From assembly GCA_012959985.1 (NCBI GenBank), contig DUCD01000030.1:3178-44036 (forward strand): a stretch of 40,859 bases of DNA. Direction: 5' to 3'. Made by a program: the position numbers and the translations under genes. Numbering within the stretch: the first letter of the stretch is position 1; every line of letters starts with the position of its first letter. Of the stretch, positions 7,575 through 16,605 are shown one piece after another. The notes under the pieces were generated by a model that had not been told where the DNA came from, made no database searches, and saw nothing but the letters and a program-made list of their open reading frames with translations. This stretch comes from Verrucomicrobiales bacterium. GTDB lineage: Bacteria; Verrucomicrobiota; Verrucomicrobiia; Limisphaerales; DUCD01.

Positions 7575-9797
7575 ATGAGAATCAAGGCAATATTTCTCAT
7601 GATCGCTGTTTTCTGCGTAGGAAATGGCAACTCCCTGCCTGCCGCAGAATTTGATCCTTCTTCCTTTCCTGAGTTGGAGCCGGAATCCAAACCCTCGGTT
7701 CGTGCTGTCCGAATCGATGTGCCCCTGAAAATTGACGGAAAACTGGACGAACCCGTTTGGTTGGAAGCGCCCCCAGCCGGCCCATTCTACCAATCTGAGT
7801 CGGTCAATCTCGGTCATATGATGACAGAGCTCACTTTATTCCGAGTCCTTTATGATGATGAAAACCTCTATATTGGAGTTTGGTGCTATGATTCTCAGCC
7901 GGAAGGAATCATTGCCCGGACGATGGAACGGGACAGCACTTCCATCATGTCCGATGACTATCTTTACATGGCCATTGATACTTTCCATGACCAGAGGAAT
8001 GGTTATATCTTCATCACCAACTCCAACGGGGCTCGTCGCGATGAAATTGTGACCAACAATATTTTTCGCAACAGCAACTGGAATGGAGTCTGGCTCAGTC
8101 GAGGTTCGATTGACTCGGAAGGTTGGAAATCGGAAATAGCAATACCTTTAAAAACCCTGAGTTTCGATCCGTCGACTGAAGTTTGGGGGTTCAACATATC
8201 ACGGACCATTGCCCGTAAGAATGAACGTGGACGATGGACCGGGGGCACACCGTCCATCAAAACCTACCATGTGGCCCAGGCAGGTGATGTGACCGGATTA
8301 AGAGAACTCAAACAAGGTATCGGGCTTGAAGTTTCCCCCTATTTCGTCGGTCGTTTTCGAGACAGTGATTCAGGAACTTCCCGGTTGGGAGATTTTGGAG
8401 GAGACGTCCGCTACCGCATTACCCCGAACCTGTCATCAACACTCAGCTACAATACCGACTTTGCAGAAACAGAAGTCGATTCCCGTCAATTGAATTTCAC
8501 CCGGTTTCCACTTTTCTTCCCTGAAAAACGGGCTTTCTTTCTGGAGGACAGCGGGGTTTACGAATTCGGAGGATTGCCTTCCTCCCCCTCCAGACGAACC
8601 CAAGGCCTGAGAACTCCAATGGTCCCTTATTTCACCCGACGTATCGGATTGAGCAAGGACGGAGATATTGTGCCGATTTACCTGGCGAGTAAAGTTGCCG
8701 GTCGGATAGGCCCCACTTCTTTGGGTTTCACCGATGTGGTTCTGGACGATGACCGGTTCGGTACGAAAAATGTTATTGCCGGGCGTGTAGCCCGGGACAT
8801 CTGGGACCAGTCGACCGTGGGGCTCCTTTCAACCTTCGGTGATCCGGATTCAGACGACAGCAATCTCCTAATCGGCCCGGATCTGCGTTACCGAACTTCC
8901 CGTTTTCTGGGAGACAAAATCCTTGAGGCAAACGCCTACGCGCTGGGCACCCACACGGGAGGGGACGATTCCGAATTTGACACCGCCTATGGCACCAACA
9001 TCAACTACCCGAATGACCTTATTAATGCCTCGGCACAGATGATCCAAATCGGAAAAGATTTTAATCCTGCGCTCGGGTTTGTCCGTAGAAAGGACATTCG
9101 TGCCTACCACAACTCTTTCAGTATCAACCCGCGTCCCGATTCCGTTTCATGGATTCGGCAATACCATATCACCAGTTCCACTGAGCATTTTACGGATCTC
9201 AGCAATCGACTTGAAACCGCCGAATATTCGTTCACCCCGATGTGGATCGAAACAGAAAAAGGTGCAGACATTTGGGTGTCCACCAAATACACCTTTGACG
9301 GTCCGGACGAAGATTTTGAACTTCTGGGTGAAACAACCATCCCGGAAGGCAACTATTGGTGGGCTACGGGCCGGGTTGGACTGAAATTGGCGCGACAGCA
9401 GAAATTGTCAGGAGGTCCCATTTTTGAATTCGGTGAATTCTACGATGGACACCTGCAGAAGTATCAATTGGAAGTCAATTATCTGCCTTCCAAATATTTC
9501 AGCGTAGAAGCCGACTATTCATTCAATGACTTTCAACTGCCCAATGATGAATTTGACACTCATCTAGGCTCGACAAGAATTGTCTTCAACTTCACTCCTG
9601 AGCTGGTCTGGTCCAATCTGGTTCAGTATGACAGCCTTTCGGAAACGGTCGGTTACAACAGTCGAATCCAATGGGAATACCTTCCCGGATCACGTCTCTT
9701 TCTGGTCCTGAATCAGAATTACTTTTCAGAGGATCTCAGCCTGGAACTGACCGAGACCGAAGTCGCTCTCAAAGTCGGCGCTGTTTTTCGGTTTTAA
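7575..9797 (+). CDS. CBM9-like / DUF5916-type outer-membrane protein
   Basis: ORF 7539..9797. The likely start is ATG 7575 (MRIKAIFLMIAVFCVGNG signal peptide). The N-terminal CBM9/DOMON-like region reads VPLKIDGKLDEPVW, LYIGVWCYD, DDYLYMAIDTFHDQRNGY. The long beta-rich remainder ends in the aromatic ...GAVFRF typical of OM beta-barrels. Confidence 0.75.
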   Translation: MRIKAIFLMIAVFCVGNGNSLPAAEFDPSSFPELEPESKPSVRAVRIDVPLKIDGKLDEPVWLEAPPAGPFYQSESVNLGHMMTELTLFRVLYDDENLYIGVWCYDSQPEGIIARTMERDSTSIMSDDYLYMAIDTFHDQRNGYIFITNSNGARRDEIVTNNIFRNSNWNGVWLSRGSIDSEGWKSEIAIPLKTLSFDPSTEVWGFNISRTIARKNERGRWTGGTPSIKTYHVAQAGDVTGLRELKQGIGLEVSPYFVGRFRDSDSGTSRLGDFGGDVRYRITPNLSSTLSYNTDFAETEVDSRQLNFTRFPLFFPEKRAFFLEDSGVYEFGGLPSSPSRRTQGLRTPMVPYFTRRIGLSKDGDIVPIYLASKVAGRIGPTSLGFTDVVLDDDRFGTKNVIAGRVARDIWDQSTVGLLSTFGDPDSDDSNLLIGPDLRYRTSRFLGDKILEANAYALGTHTGGDDSEFDTAYGTNINYPNDLINASAQMIQIGKDFNPALGFVRRKDIRAYHNSFSINPRPDSVSWIRQYHITSSTEHFTDLSNRLETAEYSFTPMWIETEKGADIWVSTKYTFDGPDEDFELLGETTIPEGNYWWATGRVGLKLARQQKLSGGPIFEFGEFYDGHLQKYQLEVNYLPSKYFSVEADYSFNDFQLPNDEFDTHLGSTRIVFNFTPELVWSNLVQYDSLSETVGYNSRIQWEYLPGSRLFLVLNQNYFSEDLSLELTETEVALKVGAVFRF

Positions 9798-9830
9798 CGG
9801 TTCCTCTCTTTCAGAGTAATCGAAGGTAAT

Positions 9831-10001
9831 TCAGCCAGGTTTTGCCTCATTTCCTTTTTCCAAAGCTTCCAGTCTTTTTTCAATCTGGTGAAGTTTATGA
9901 ATAATGTAAATGTGAGTCTTTTTCGCATCAATGCCGACTGGACTGGCGTCACTGGTGATCATTTCAGATATTTTCTCGTAAGATTCCTTATCAATATTCA
10001 T
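9831..10001 (-). CDS. Small hypothetical helical protein (56 aa), below the ORF-track cutoff
   Basis: Hand translation gives MNIDKESYEKISEMITSDASPVGIDAKKTHIYIIHKLHQIEKRLEALEKGNEAKPG*. The ATG (10001-9999) overlaps the TGA (10000-9998) of upstream ORF 9998..10246 as ATGA. No recognisable family. Confidence 0.35.
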   Translation of the reverse strand: MNIDKESYEKISEMITSDASPVGIDAKKTHIYIIHKLHQIEKRLEALEKGNEAKPG

Positions 10002-10246
10002 GGCTTGTTCTGGGAATAATTCTCGAATTTACTTCTGGATGCTAACCGATGCCAAGTCGTCTGTGCCAGATCAAATTCAAGCTGATATTCATCCCCGCTC
10101 GAAAGGCCCACCCCTGAATCGATCAGATAGACACCGTATTCGAACGATTGAATCGGTTCTGCTTGAGAAAATCCGTGACTCTGTGCAAGTGGGCTTTTAA
10201 GGTTTCTGCCAATGGAGTGAGCCGGGAGCAAGTGAACCCACTTCAA
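9998..10246 (-). CDS. Hypothetical 82-aa ORF (TTG start), doubtful
   Basis: The ORF track entry starts with TTG, only 35 nt from the divergent arfB start. No motif recognised. The only support is the ATGA overlap with the following 56-aa ORF. Confidence 0.2.
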   Translation of the reverse strand: MKWVHLLPAHSIGRNLKSPLAQSHGFSQAEPIQSFEYGVYLIDSGVGLSSGDEYQLEFDLAQTTWHRLASRSKFENYSQNKP

Positions 10247-10280
10247 GATCGAACGGGGTTCACGGTTATTCGCCAGAAGG

Positions 10281-10688
10281 ATGAAGATTAATCATTATCT
10301 ATCTATACCGGACCACGAGATTCAGATGACGGCGATCCGCTCACAAGGCGCCGGAGGCCAGAACGTCAACAAGCTTTCAACCGCTGTCCAATTGCGTTTT
10401 GACATTAAAGCTTCTTCCCTCCCGGATCAATACAGGTTACGACTCCTGTGCAAGCGCGACCAACGGATCAGCCGACAGGGTGTTTTCATCATCAAAGCCC
10501 AGGAATACCGAACTCAGGATAAAAACCGACAGGCAGCTCTGAATCGTTTCGTGGCTTGGATTCGGGAAAGCGTCAAAATCCAAAAACACCGGAAACCCAC
10601 TAAACCGAGCCGAACTTACCATATTCGACGAGTCAGCGATAAGAGAAGGCATGCTCAATTGAAAGAACAGAGACGGAAAGTCTACTGA
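10281..10688 (+). CDS. arfB: Alternative ribosome-rescue factor ArfB (YaeJ), peptidyl-tRNA hydrolase
   Basis: 135 aa with a GGQ motif (AIRSQGAGGQNVNKLSTAVQLRFDI), IIKAQEYRTQDKNRQAAL and a basic C-terminal tail. It is colinear with E. coli ArfB as I recall it. Confidence 0.9.
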   Translation: MKINHYLSIPDHEIQMTAIRSQGAGGQNVNKLSTAVQLRFDIKASSLPDQYRLRLLCKRDQRISRQGVFIIKAQEYRTQDKNRQAALNRFVAWIRESVKIQKHRKPTKPSRTYHIRRVSDKRRHAQLKEQRRKVY

Positions 10689-10699
10689 TCGACCCTTTT

Positions 10700-11687
10700 A
10701 TGATTCCCTCATTCCTAAATGAAAATGATGCTCTAGCCTGGTCATGGAACCGCCACCCCCATGACCATCTTGCCAATTACCTGGTCAAAGGAGTCGAAGA
10801 CCCCCGCATCAACTGTCAAAGCATTCTGTCCCGCGCATTGATCATCGACACCCTATGGCCCGGAAAATATTCGGCGTGGATCGATGAGGAACTTCGATTT
10901 GGAACGGTTCTAACCTGGATACTTAAACAACTGGAAAATGGAAAGAATCGAGAGGACCTTTCAGCCAATGTCATTCAGGAACAATCGCCGGAAATTCCCG
11001 AGTTTGTCCTTTCGGCCTATCAAGGTCTGCAGAATCCTGAGTGCATCATCCCGGACTACATCACGGAAGCACTGAGCCCTCGAACCGCCGTCCTTGAAAA
11101 AGAACTGCCCACGTCTGCCTTGGATGTGTTCACCACTCTCTGGAGTTGTGAATTACACGATCAAGAAAATAAGGGGTTCCGTCTGCTGGAACCGGCATGC
11201 GGCTCAGCAAATGATTATCGATTCTTTCATGCTTTCGGCCTGGCTTCGTTTGTCCAGTACGCTGGATTCGACATCTCTCAGAAAAATGTTGAAAATGCCT
11301 CGTCTTTTTCCAGATATTGATTTTAAAGTGCTGAGTTTATTCGACACCGGATTGGAAGACCGTTCATGTGATTTAGTGATGATCCACGACCTGTTTGAAC
11401 ATCTTTCACCGGAAGGAATGGAAAGGGCACTGAAAGAAACCATTCGCGTTTGTGAGAGACAAATCTGGATACACTTTTTCAATCTTTCCGATATTCCCGA
11501 ACACCATTTTAAGAAGACGGAAAACTACCATTGGAATCAGCTGAGCCTTGATCGAATCCTGGAATTTCTAAAGCCTTATTCATCGGACATTGAGGTCATT
11601 TGCATTCCTGAAATGTTGAAAAATAAGTTCGGCTTCGATGACTATCACAATCAGCAGGCGGTCACCCTGATCGTATCAATGGACTAG
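10700..11687 (+). pseudogene. Class I SAM-dependent methyltransferase with a ~150-aa N-terminal extension, interrupted by a 1-nt frameshift near 11300-11309
   Basis: ORF 10700..11320 ends ...LLEPACGSANDY...GFDISQKNVENASSFSRY*. Overlapping ORF 11094..11687, in the next frame, continues ...RLFPDIDFKVLSLFD...DLVMIHDLFEHLSPEGMERAL. Together they form one intact methyltransferase fold (motif I plus later motifs). The shift lies at or next to a T5 run (11305-11309). Confidence 0.7.
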
Positions 11688-11718
11688 GGTTTAGACCCTT
11701 GGAGTGGTAAGGATCGTT

Positions 11719-12066
11719 ACACTGCCATTCGGTTAAACCTGATTGGGGTATTCCACGAAAATCGGCGACTTCGTAAAACTCGTCGACGAACTTCATACCG
11801 CTGACCCGTTTACCCGAAAAGCTCTGATTTTCCGACAGGTTTTGGACTGCGTGCGACGAAGTCGCCGCTTTGGATCGGGAGAGATCTTCGGGAGACCTGA
11901 GCAGTAAATCCCACGACCTGATAATTTAATCCTGAAGCTGGGGGCGTCGACCCCGGATCATTGAAATCGACATTCATTTCTTCCATATTCCGGCCTCGGC
12001 GCGGCCAGCTTCAGGGATGACGGTATTAAAAAACCTGCGGAACATCTTTAACCGAATGGCTGTGAC
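11719..12066. repeat. ~350-bp structured intergenic repeat element with nested inverted repeats, related to the 6994-7237 element
   Basis: The outer IR is acactgccattcggttaaa (11719-11737) versus tttaaccgaatggctgtg (12047-12064), about 18/19 bp. Inner IRs are ggcgacttcg (11763-72)/cgaagtcgcc (11857-66) and cctgaagctgg (11931-41)/ccagcttcagg (12006-16). Blocks 11931-11956 and 11989-12006 match the reverse complements of 7046-7071 (24/26) and 7089-7106 (16/18). Confidence 0.6.
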
Positions 12067-12084
12067 AGCGAGCCCTGCCTGATG

Positions 12085-13242
12085 CTACAAACTCATTAAA
12101 GGTGCCGGCACCATAAAAGCATGTTGCTCCAACAGGCTGAGCGAGCCGTACCAGGAAAGGTATTGGGTCAGGTAGGCGATCAGCACATAAAAGAAAGCCA
12201 CTGGAATCATCGCCAAACGACCGAACCATCGAGTGATGAAATGGCGTGGATCTTCACGTCGACAGGCACGACTCATTGCCCAACCTGTCAGTAGACGTGC
12301 GGGGTAAATGAACACAACAAACATCAGACTGGGTAGCCAGGCAACCTCTTTCGGGGTTAACTCAATCTTCAGAAGGTAAAGGGGGACGGCAAACAACAGG
12401 GTCACCAGTAAAGCGATCAGGAAAGCCAGAGGCGCCTGGGTAAACATCCGTCGGATCTGCCTGATATCAAACAGAGAATCGAATTTTCCAGTTGCCGCAA
12501 ATTGTGTTTGTAGAAAGGGAAGATACAAGACCACCACCATGAGAACCAGACCTCCGAATAGGGACAGTAAGGCGGCTCCCCCGGGAGGAAGACGAGAGGC
12601 AACAATCAAAAGGCCTACAGGTATGGACAACCAAACGATTCCTCCAACAAAACCACGCAAACCCAACCAGAAATAGTGGACGAGTCTCAAACTGAAAAAA
12701 AAGTCAACGATGGAATCCATTCCCGGAAGAGGTTTCCCCAGGGAACGCATCCGGCGTAAAAAGGCAATGGGGGCCGGTCTGAGAAAATGCCGCAGCTTAC
12801 CACCTCGAAAACACGACCAGATCACATGCCACACAGTAAAGATGGTGAGTGAAATCAAAGCGACTCTCCAACGCCCGGCAACCACACTTCCGGAAGCAAC
12901 GATTTCAGCATCTTTCCATAAACCAGAAACAAAACGCACAGGCCAGAAAACCAGCCAGATTCCCAAGACGATGCTGCCCATGACCGAGGCTTTCCGGATT
13001 CCCGGGAACCCGTCCCGCAGACGCCCGGTAATCGCCACCTTGCCAGAGGCCTGAAGCAGATATCCAAGACTCAGGAAATTCAGAATAGGAATAACGGCAA
13101 GAAACGCCAATCCCACAAGGATGACCAGAAACCCGAATATCCAGTCCAGCATTGAGATCAGATCCTTCCCTATCCGTTTCAGCGCCGTAACCACGGGATT
13201 CTGACATTCAATCGGTTCTGTTTCACCTACAAGCTCGTTCAT
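12085..13242 (-). CDS. Polytopic inner-membrane protein of unknown function
   Basis: 385-aa ORF with about 8-9 long hydrophobic segments (e.g. FGFLVILVGLAFLAVIPILNFLSLGYLL, IVWLSIPVGLLIVA, ALLVTLLFAVPLYLL). No catalytic motif recognised. Confidence 0.7.
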   Translation of the reverse strand: MNELVGETEPIECQNPVVTALKRIGKDLISMLDWIFGFLVILVGLAFLAVIPILNFLSLGYLLQASGKVAITGRLRDGFPGIRKASVMGSIVLGIWLVFWPVRFVSGLWKDAEIVASGSVVAGRWRVALISLTIFTVWHVIWSCFRGGKLRHFLRPAPIAFLRRMRSLGKPLPGMDSIVDFFFSLRLVHYFWLGLRGFVGGIVWLSIPVGLLIVASRLPPGGAALLSLFGGLVLMVVVLYLPFLQTQFAATGKFDSLFDIRQIRRMFTQAPLAFLIALLVTLLFAVPLYLLKIELTPKEVAWLPSLMFVVFIYPARLLTGWAMSRACRREDPRHFITRWFGRLAMIPVAFFYVLIAYLTQYLSWYGSLSLLEQHAFMVPAPLMSL

Positions 13243-13512
13243 TGTAATTCTCCGGTGCCTGTAGTAGTATACCAGACTAATGGGAGCGACGTTTTAAAAA
13301 TATTTTTCTGGAAGAGTTTCGCAAATGATTCAACGTTCAAGTCTCAACCCAATATCCCGGGAGGATGTGCGTCTTGACGGTGCGATTAAGGGTTGGAGAT
13401 ACCGGGGCGGGTCTGGTTCCCAATACTTGGAAACTGGAATATCCACATTCTCCTCAACAGCCTGGCTTATCAGTAACAGGATACAGGTCAAACCGCCAAG
13501 CCGGCTCACTCC

Positions 13513-15147
13513 ATGAAAACAGCACTGCGTTACCTATGTGTTCTGGGAATTCTATCGACGGCGGTCGCCTTCATATACAACACTCAATTGAAACCGAGAT
13601 CCTTTCTTCAGCCGACATCGTTTTCACCGAATCAGTTCGATGCCCCTGTGTTCAGAACAGTGATTCAACAGATCGACCAAGCTTTTCATAAAGAATGGAC
13701 CGCCGCCGAGTTGACTCCGATTCCTCGAGCCCCGGATCTGATTATTGCCAGAAGATTGTCACTCGCCCTGACCGGCACGATTCCCTCCATGGAGGAGATT
13801 CGAGCCTTGGAAGCTCAACCCGAAAAGGATCGGATTCAATGGTGGCTGGCCCACCTACTCGAAGATCAACGATCTAGCGATTATCTGGCAGAACGCTTGG
13901 CTCGAATCTACGTCGGTGTCGAGAAGGGTCCCTTCCTGGTTTATCGACGACGCCGGATGGTGGACTGGTTAAGTAACGAACTGCATCGTAACCGTCCTTA
14001 TGATGAATTGGTCCGAAATTTGATTTCCGCCGAAGGAATCTGGACGAGTCGTCCAGAAGTAAATTTCGTAACGGTGACCATCGACCAGAATAACGATGAA
14101 GAAGGGCCCGATGAAATAAAGCTGGCCGCAAGAGTGACTCGGGCATTTCTAGGAGTGAGGATTGACTGTGTGCAATGTCATGACGACATGTTCGGTGATC
14201 GTTGGAAACAGAAAGATTTCCATCAATTGGCAGCCTACTTTTCCGATGCCGGAATGTCGTTGACGGGAGTGAGGGATAAACCGACCCCCTATGAATACCG
14301 TTACAAGGGTAAACTAAAACCGGAAACCGTCCCTCCTATCGTCCCATTTCAACCTGAACTCCTACCGAATACCGGCTCGCTTCGTCAGCGCCTTTCCATG
14401 TGGGTGACTCATCCGGAAAACAAAGCCTTCGCCAGGACAACCGTCAATCGGATCTGGGCATTGTTGTTCAATAAAGCCCTGATTGAACCCATCGATGATA
14501 TCCCTCTGGAGGGTCCCTACCCTCCCGGTATGGAAATCCTGAGTGATTTACTTATCCGAGAAAAATATGATCTTCAGCAACTCATCAGAACAATTGCAGC
14601 AACGCAAGTCTTTCAGCGTGATAGTCGAGCACCACTGGATTCCCCGACACTGACAGATCTCCATGAATCCAGCATGGCCTCCTTTCCCTTGACTCGACTT
14701 CGTCCGGAACAGGTCGCCGGAAGTATCATCCAGGCAACCTCCTTGCGGACTATCAATGCGGATTCGCACGTCATCAAGAGGATCACCCGTTTTTTCTCAC
14801 TCGATGAATTCATCAAACGATATGGTGACATTGGACAAGACGAATTTGCGTCTACGGGCGGAACCATTCCCCAAAGATTGGTGCTGATGAACGGCGAACT
14901 GGTTCACGAACGCACCAAGGACAATATCTTCGTGAACGCTTCCTCACGTATTCGTATCGTATCGCCGGATGACGCAACCGCCATCGACACAGCTTACCTG
15001 ACGGCACTGACACGACATCCTTCGTCTGAAGAAAAGGATTATTTTCTGAATCGACTGAAAGACAAAAAAGGAGAGTCCGCATCCAATGAAATGCAGGATC
15101 TCTTCTGGGCCATGATCAATTCAACCGAGTTTTCATGGAACCACTGA
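13513..15147 (+). CDS. DUF1549/DUF1553 (PSCyt2/PSD1-type) domain protein
   Basis: 544 aa with an N-terminal signal anchor. The hallmark DUF1549 block is RVTRAFLGVRIDCVQCHDDMFGDRWKQKDFHQLAAYF. The C-terminal DUF1553-like end is ...LFWAMINSTEFSWNH. It is adjacent to a DUF1501 gene, the usual arrangement for this family. Confidence 0.85.
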   Translation: MKTALRYLCVLGILSTAVAFIYNTQLKPRSFLQPTSFSPNQFDAPVFRTVIQQIDQAFHKEWTAAELTPIPRAPDLIIARRLSLALTGTIPSMEEIRALEAQPEKDRIQWWLAHLLEDQRSSDYLAERLARIYVGVEKGPFLVYRRRRMVDWLSNELHRNRPYDELVRNLISAEGIWTSRPEVNFVTVTIDQNNDEEGPDEIKLAARVTRAFLGVRIDCVQCHDDMFGDRWKQKDFHQLAAYFSDAGMSLTGVRDKPTPYEYRYKGKLKPETVPPIVPFQPELLPNTGSLRQRLSMWVTHPENKAFARTTVNRIWALLFNKALIEPIDDIPLEGPYPPGMEILSDLLIREKYDLQQLIRTIAATQVFQRDSRAPLDSPTLTDLHESSMASFPLTRLRPEQVAGSIIQATSLRTINADSHVIKRITRFFSLDEFIKRYGDIGQDEFASTGGTIPQRLVLMNGELVHERTKDNIFVNASSRIRIVSPDDATAIDTAYLTALTRHPSSEEKDYFLNRLKDKKGESASNEMQDLFWAMINSTEFSWNH

Positions 15148-15152
15148 TTGCC

Positions 15153-16442
15153 ATGAAAACGAACGACTCAAAATGTTGTGGTTCATCGGATCATTTATCC
15201 CGACGAAACCTATTGAAAATTGCCGGAACCGCCAGCATGGCATGGCTGACCCCGCTGGCCACGTTGCTCGCAGCACAGGCAGAAAAAAAGCATCAACCCG
15301 CCCGATCGGTCATCATGCTCTGGCTCGGAGGAGGCCCCAGCCAATTGGAAACGTTCGATCCTCATCCAGGAACTCATATCGCGGCAGGAACCGGTTCCCG
15401 GAAAACATCGGTTCCCGGAATTGAACTCGCCACCGGATTGGAACAAACTGCCGAAGTCATGGGGGATGTTTCTCTGATACGATCCATGGTCAGCAAGGAA
15501 GGGGATCACGAACGGGCAACGTACAACATGAAGACCGGTTATCGGCCCAGTCCAACAGTGGTTCACCCCTCCCTGGGGGCTATTGTCTGCCATCAATTGA
15601 GAGATGAGAATGTTGAAATCCCCCGACATATCTCCATTCTATCCGATCAGTGGCGACCACGCGGAGGATACCTCGGCGCCCAATACGATTCTTTCCAGAT
15701 CAACGACCCAAAGGACCGCATCCCCGATGTTACACCTCAGGTTTCAACAGAACGAATGGATCGACGAATGGAAGCCCTGTCTATCTTGGAAAAGTCGTTC
15801 CATCAGGGTAGGCCTGCCAATCTGGATGAAGAAAGAACCCTTCATCAGGCTATGATGCGGAAAGCCGAAAAAATGATGTCTTCGGAGCAACTGAAGGTAT
15901 TCGATATCAGTCAGGCAACTGAAGCCGAAAAGGCAGCTTATGGAAACACGGCATTCGGCAGGGGATGTCTCGCAGCCGTCCGCCTGATCGAAGTGGGTGT
16001 CCGGTGTGTAGAGATCACACTCGGAGGTTGGGACAGTCATGTCAACAATCACGAAGTCCAGGCAGGTAAAACCAAAATCCTTGATCCGGCCTTCGCCGCC
16101 CTTATTAATGATCTCAAACAGCGAAATCTGCTGAAACATACCGTCGTTCTCTGTGGAGGTGAATTCGGCCGCACTCCGGAAATCAATCCATTGGGCGGAC
16201 GGGACCATTGGCCTCACGGCTTCAGCATTGCCGTTGCCGGAGGCGGCTTTCAAGGCGGGCAGGTCATTGGTCAAACCGATCCTTCCGGCGAAAAAAAGGA
16301 ACCCTCCGACCCGATCCGGGTAGAAGATATCCACTCAACGGTTCAGCAACTCCTCGGCATCGATCCGGAACATGAAATTGAAACACCGGTTGGTCGCCCC
16401 ATCGTCCTCAGCGAGGGCAAGATCATCAGAAGTTTGCTTTAG
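15153..16442 (+). CDS. DUF1501 domain protein (sulfatase/phosphatase-fold, Tat signal)
   Basis: ORF 15135..16442. ATG 15153 gives MKTNDSKCCGSSDHLSRRNLLKIAGTASMAWL, a twin-arginine-like signal. Other marks are LWLGGGPSQLETFDPHPG and GGEFGRTPEINPLGGRDHWPHGF, typical of DUF1501. Confidence 0.85.
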   Translation: MKTNDSKCCGSSDHLSRRNLLKIAGTASMAWLTPLATLLAAQAEKKHQPARSVIMLWLGGGPSQLETFDPHPGTHIAAGTGSRKTSVPGIELATGLEQTAEVMGDVSLIRSMVSKEGDHERATYNMKTGYRPSPTVVHPSLGAIVCHQLRDENVEIPRHISILSDQWRPRGGYLGAQYDSFQINDPKDRIPDVTPQVSTERMDRRMEALSILEKSFHQGRPANLDEERTLHQAMMRKAEKMMSSEQLKVFDISQATEAEKAAYGNTAFGRGCLAAVRLIEVGVRCVEITLGGWDSHVNNHEVQAGKTKILDPAFAALINDLKQRNLLKHTVVLCGGEFGRTPEINPLGGRDHWPHGFSIAVAGGGFQGGQVIGQTDPSGEKKEPSDPIRVEDIHSTVQQLLGIDPEHEIETPVGRPIVLSEGKIIRSLL

Positions 16443-16478
16443 GAAAGTCTACCAGAGATCGGCACTTGGTTTAGTAGG

Positions 16479-16496
16479 GGAATCTATGAAGATTCC
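16479..16496. promoter_or_regulatory. Palindrome GGAATCT-ATGA-AGATTCC upstream of the RND operon (possible operator)
   Basis: Perfect 7-bp arms with a 4-nt spacer, ~110 nt upstream of the adaptor gene start. No regulator gene is adjacent. Confidence 0.2.
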
Positions 16497-16605
16497 TTCC
16501 GGCACATAAAGCACTTTCCAAATACTCGATAAATCAACCTTTGAAAAAAACCCTATCGAAATCTCATAGAATTCACTATCGTTTCCCTAGTCGCCGGGAA
16601 AAATC

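Noticed and set aside
15744-16334. 196-aa ORF antisense to the DUF1501 gene, and similar long antisense ORFs at 2286-2774, 15210-15629, 19809-20255 and 34644-35276.
   Set aside because: Each lies fully inside a well-supported gene on the other strand and has no domain signature.
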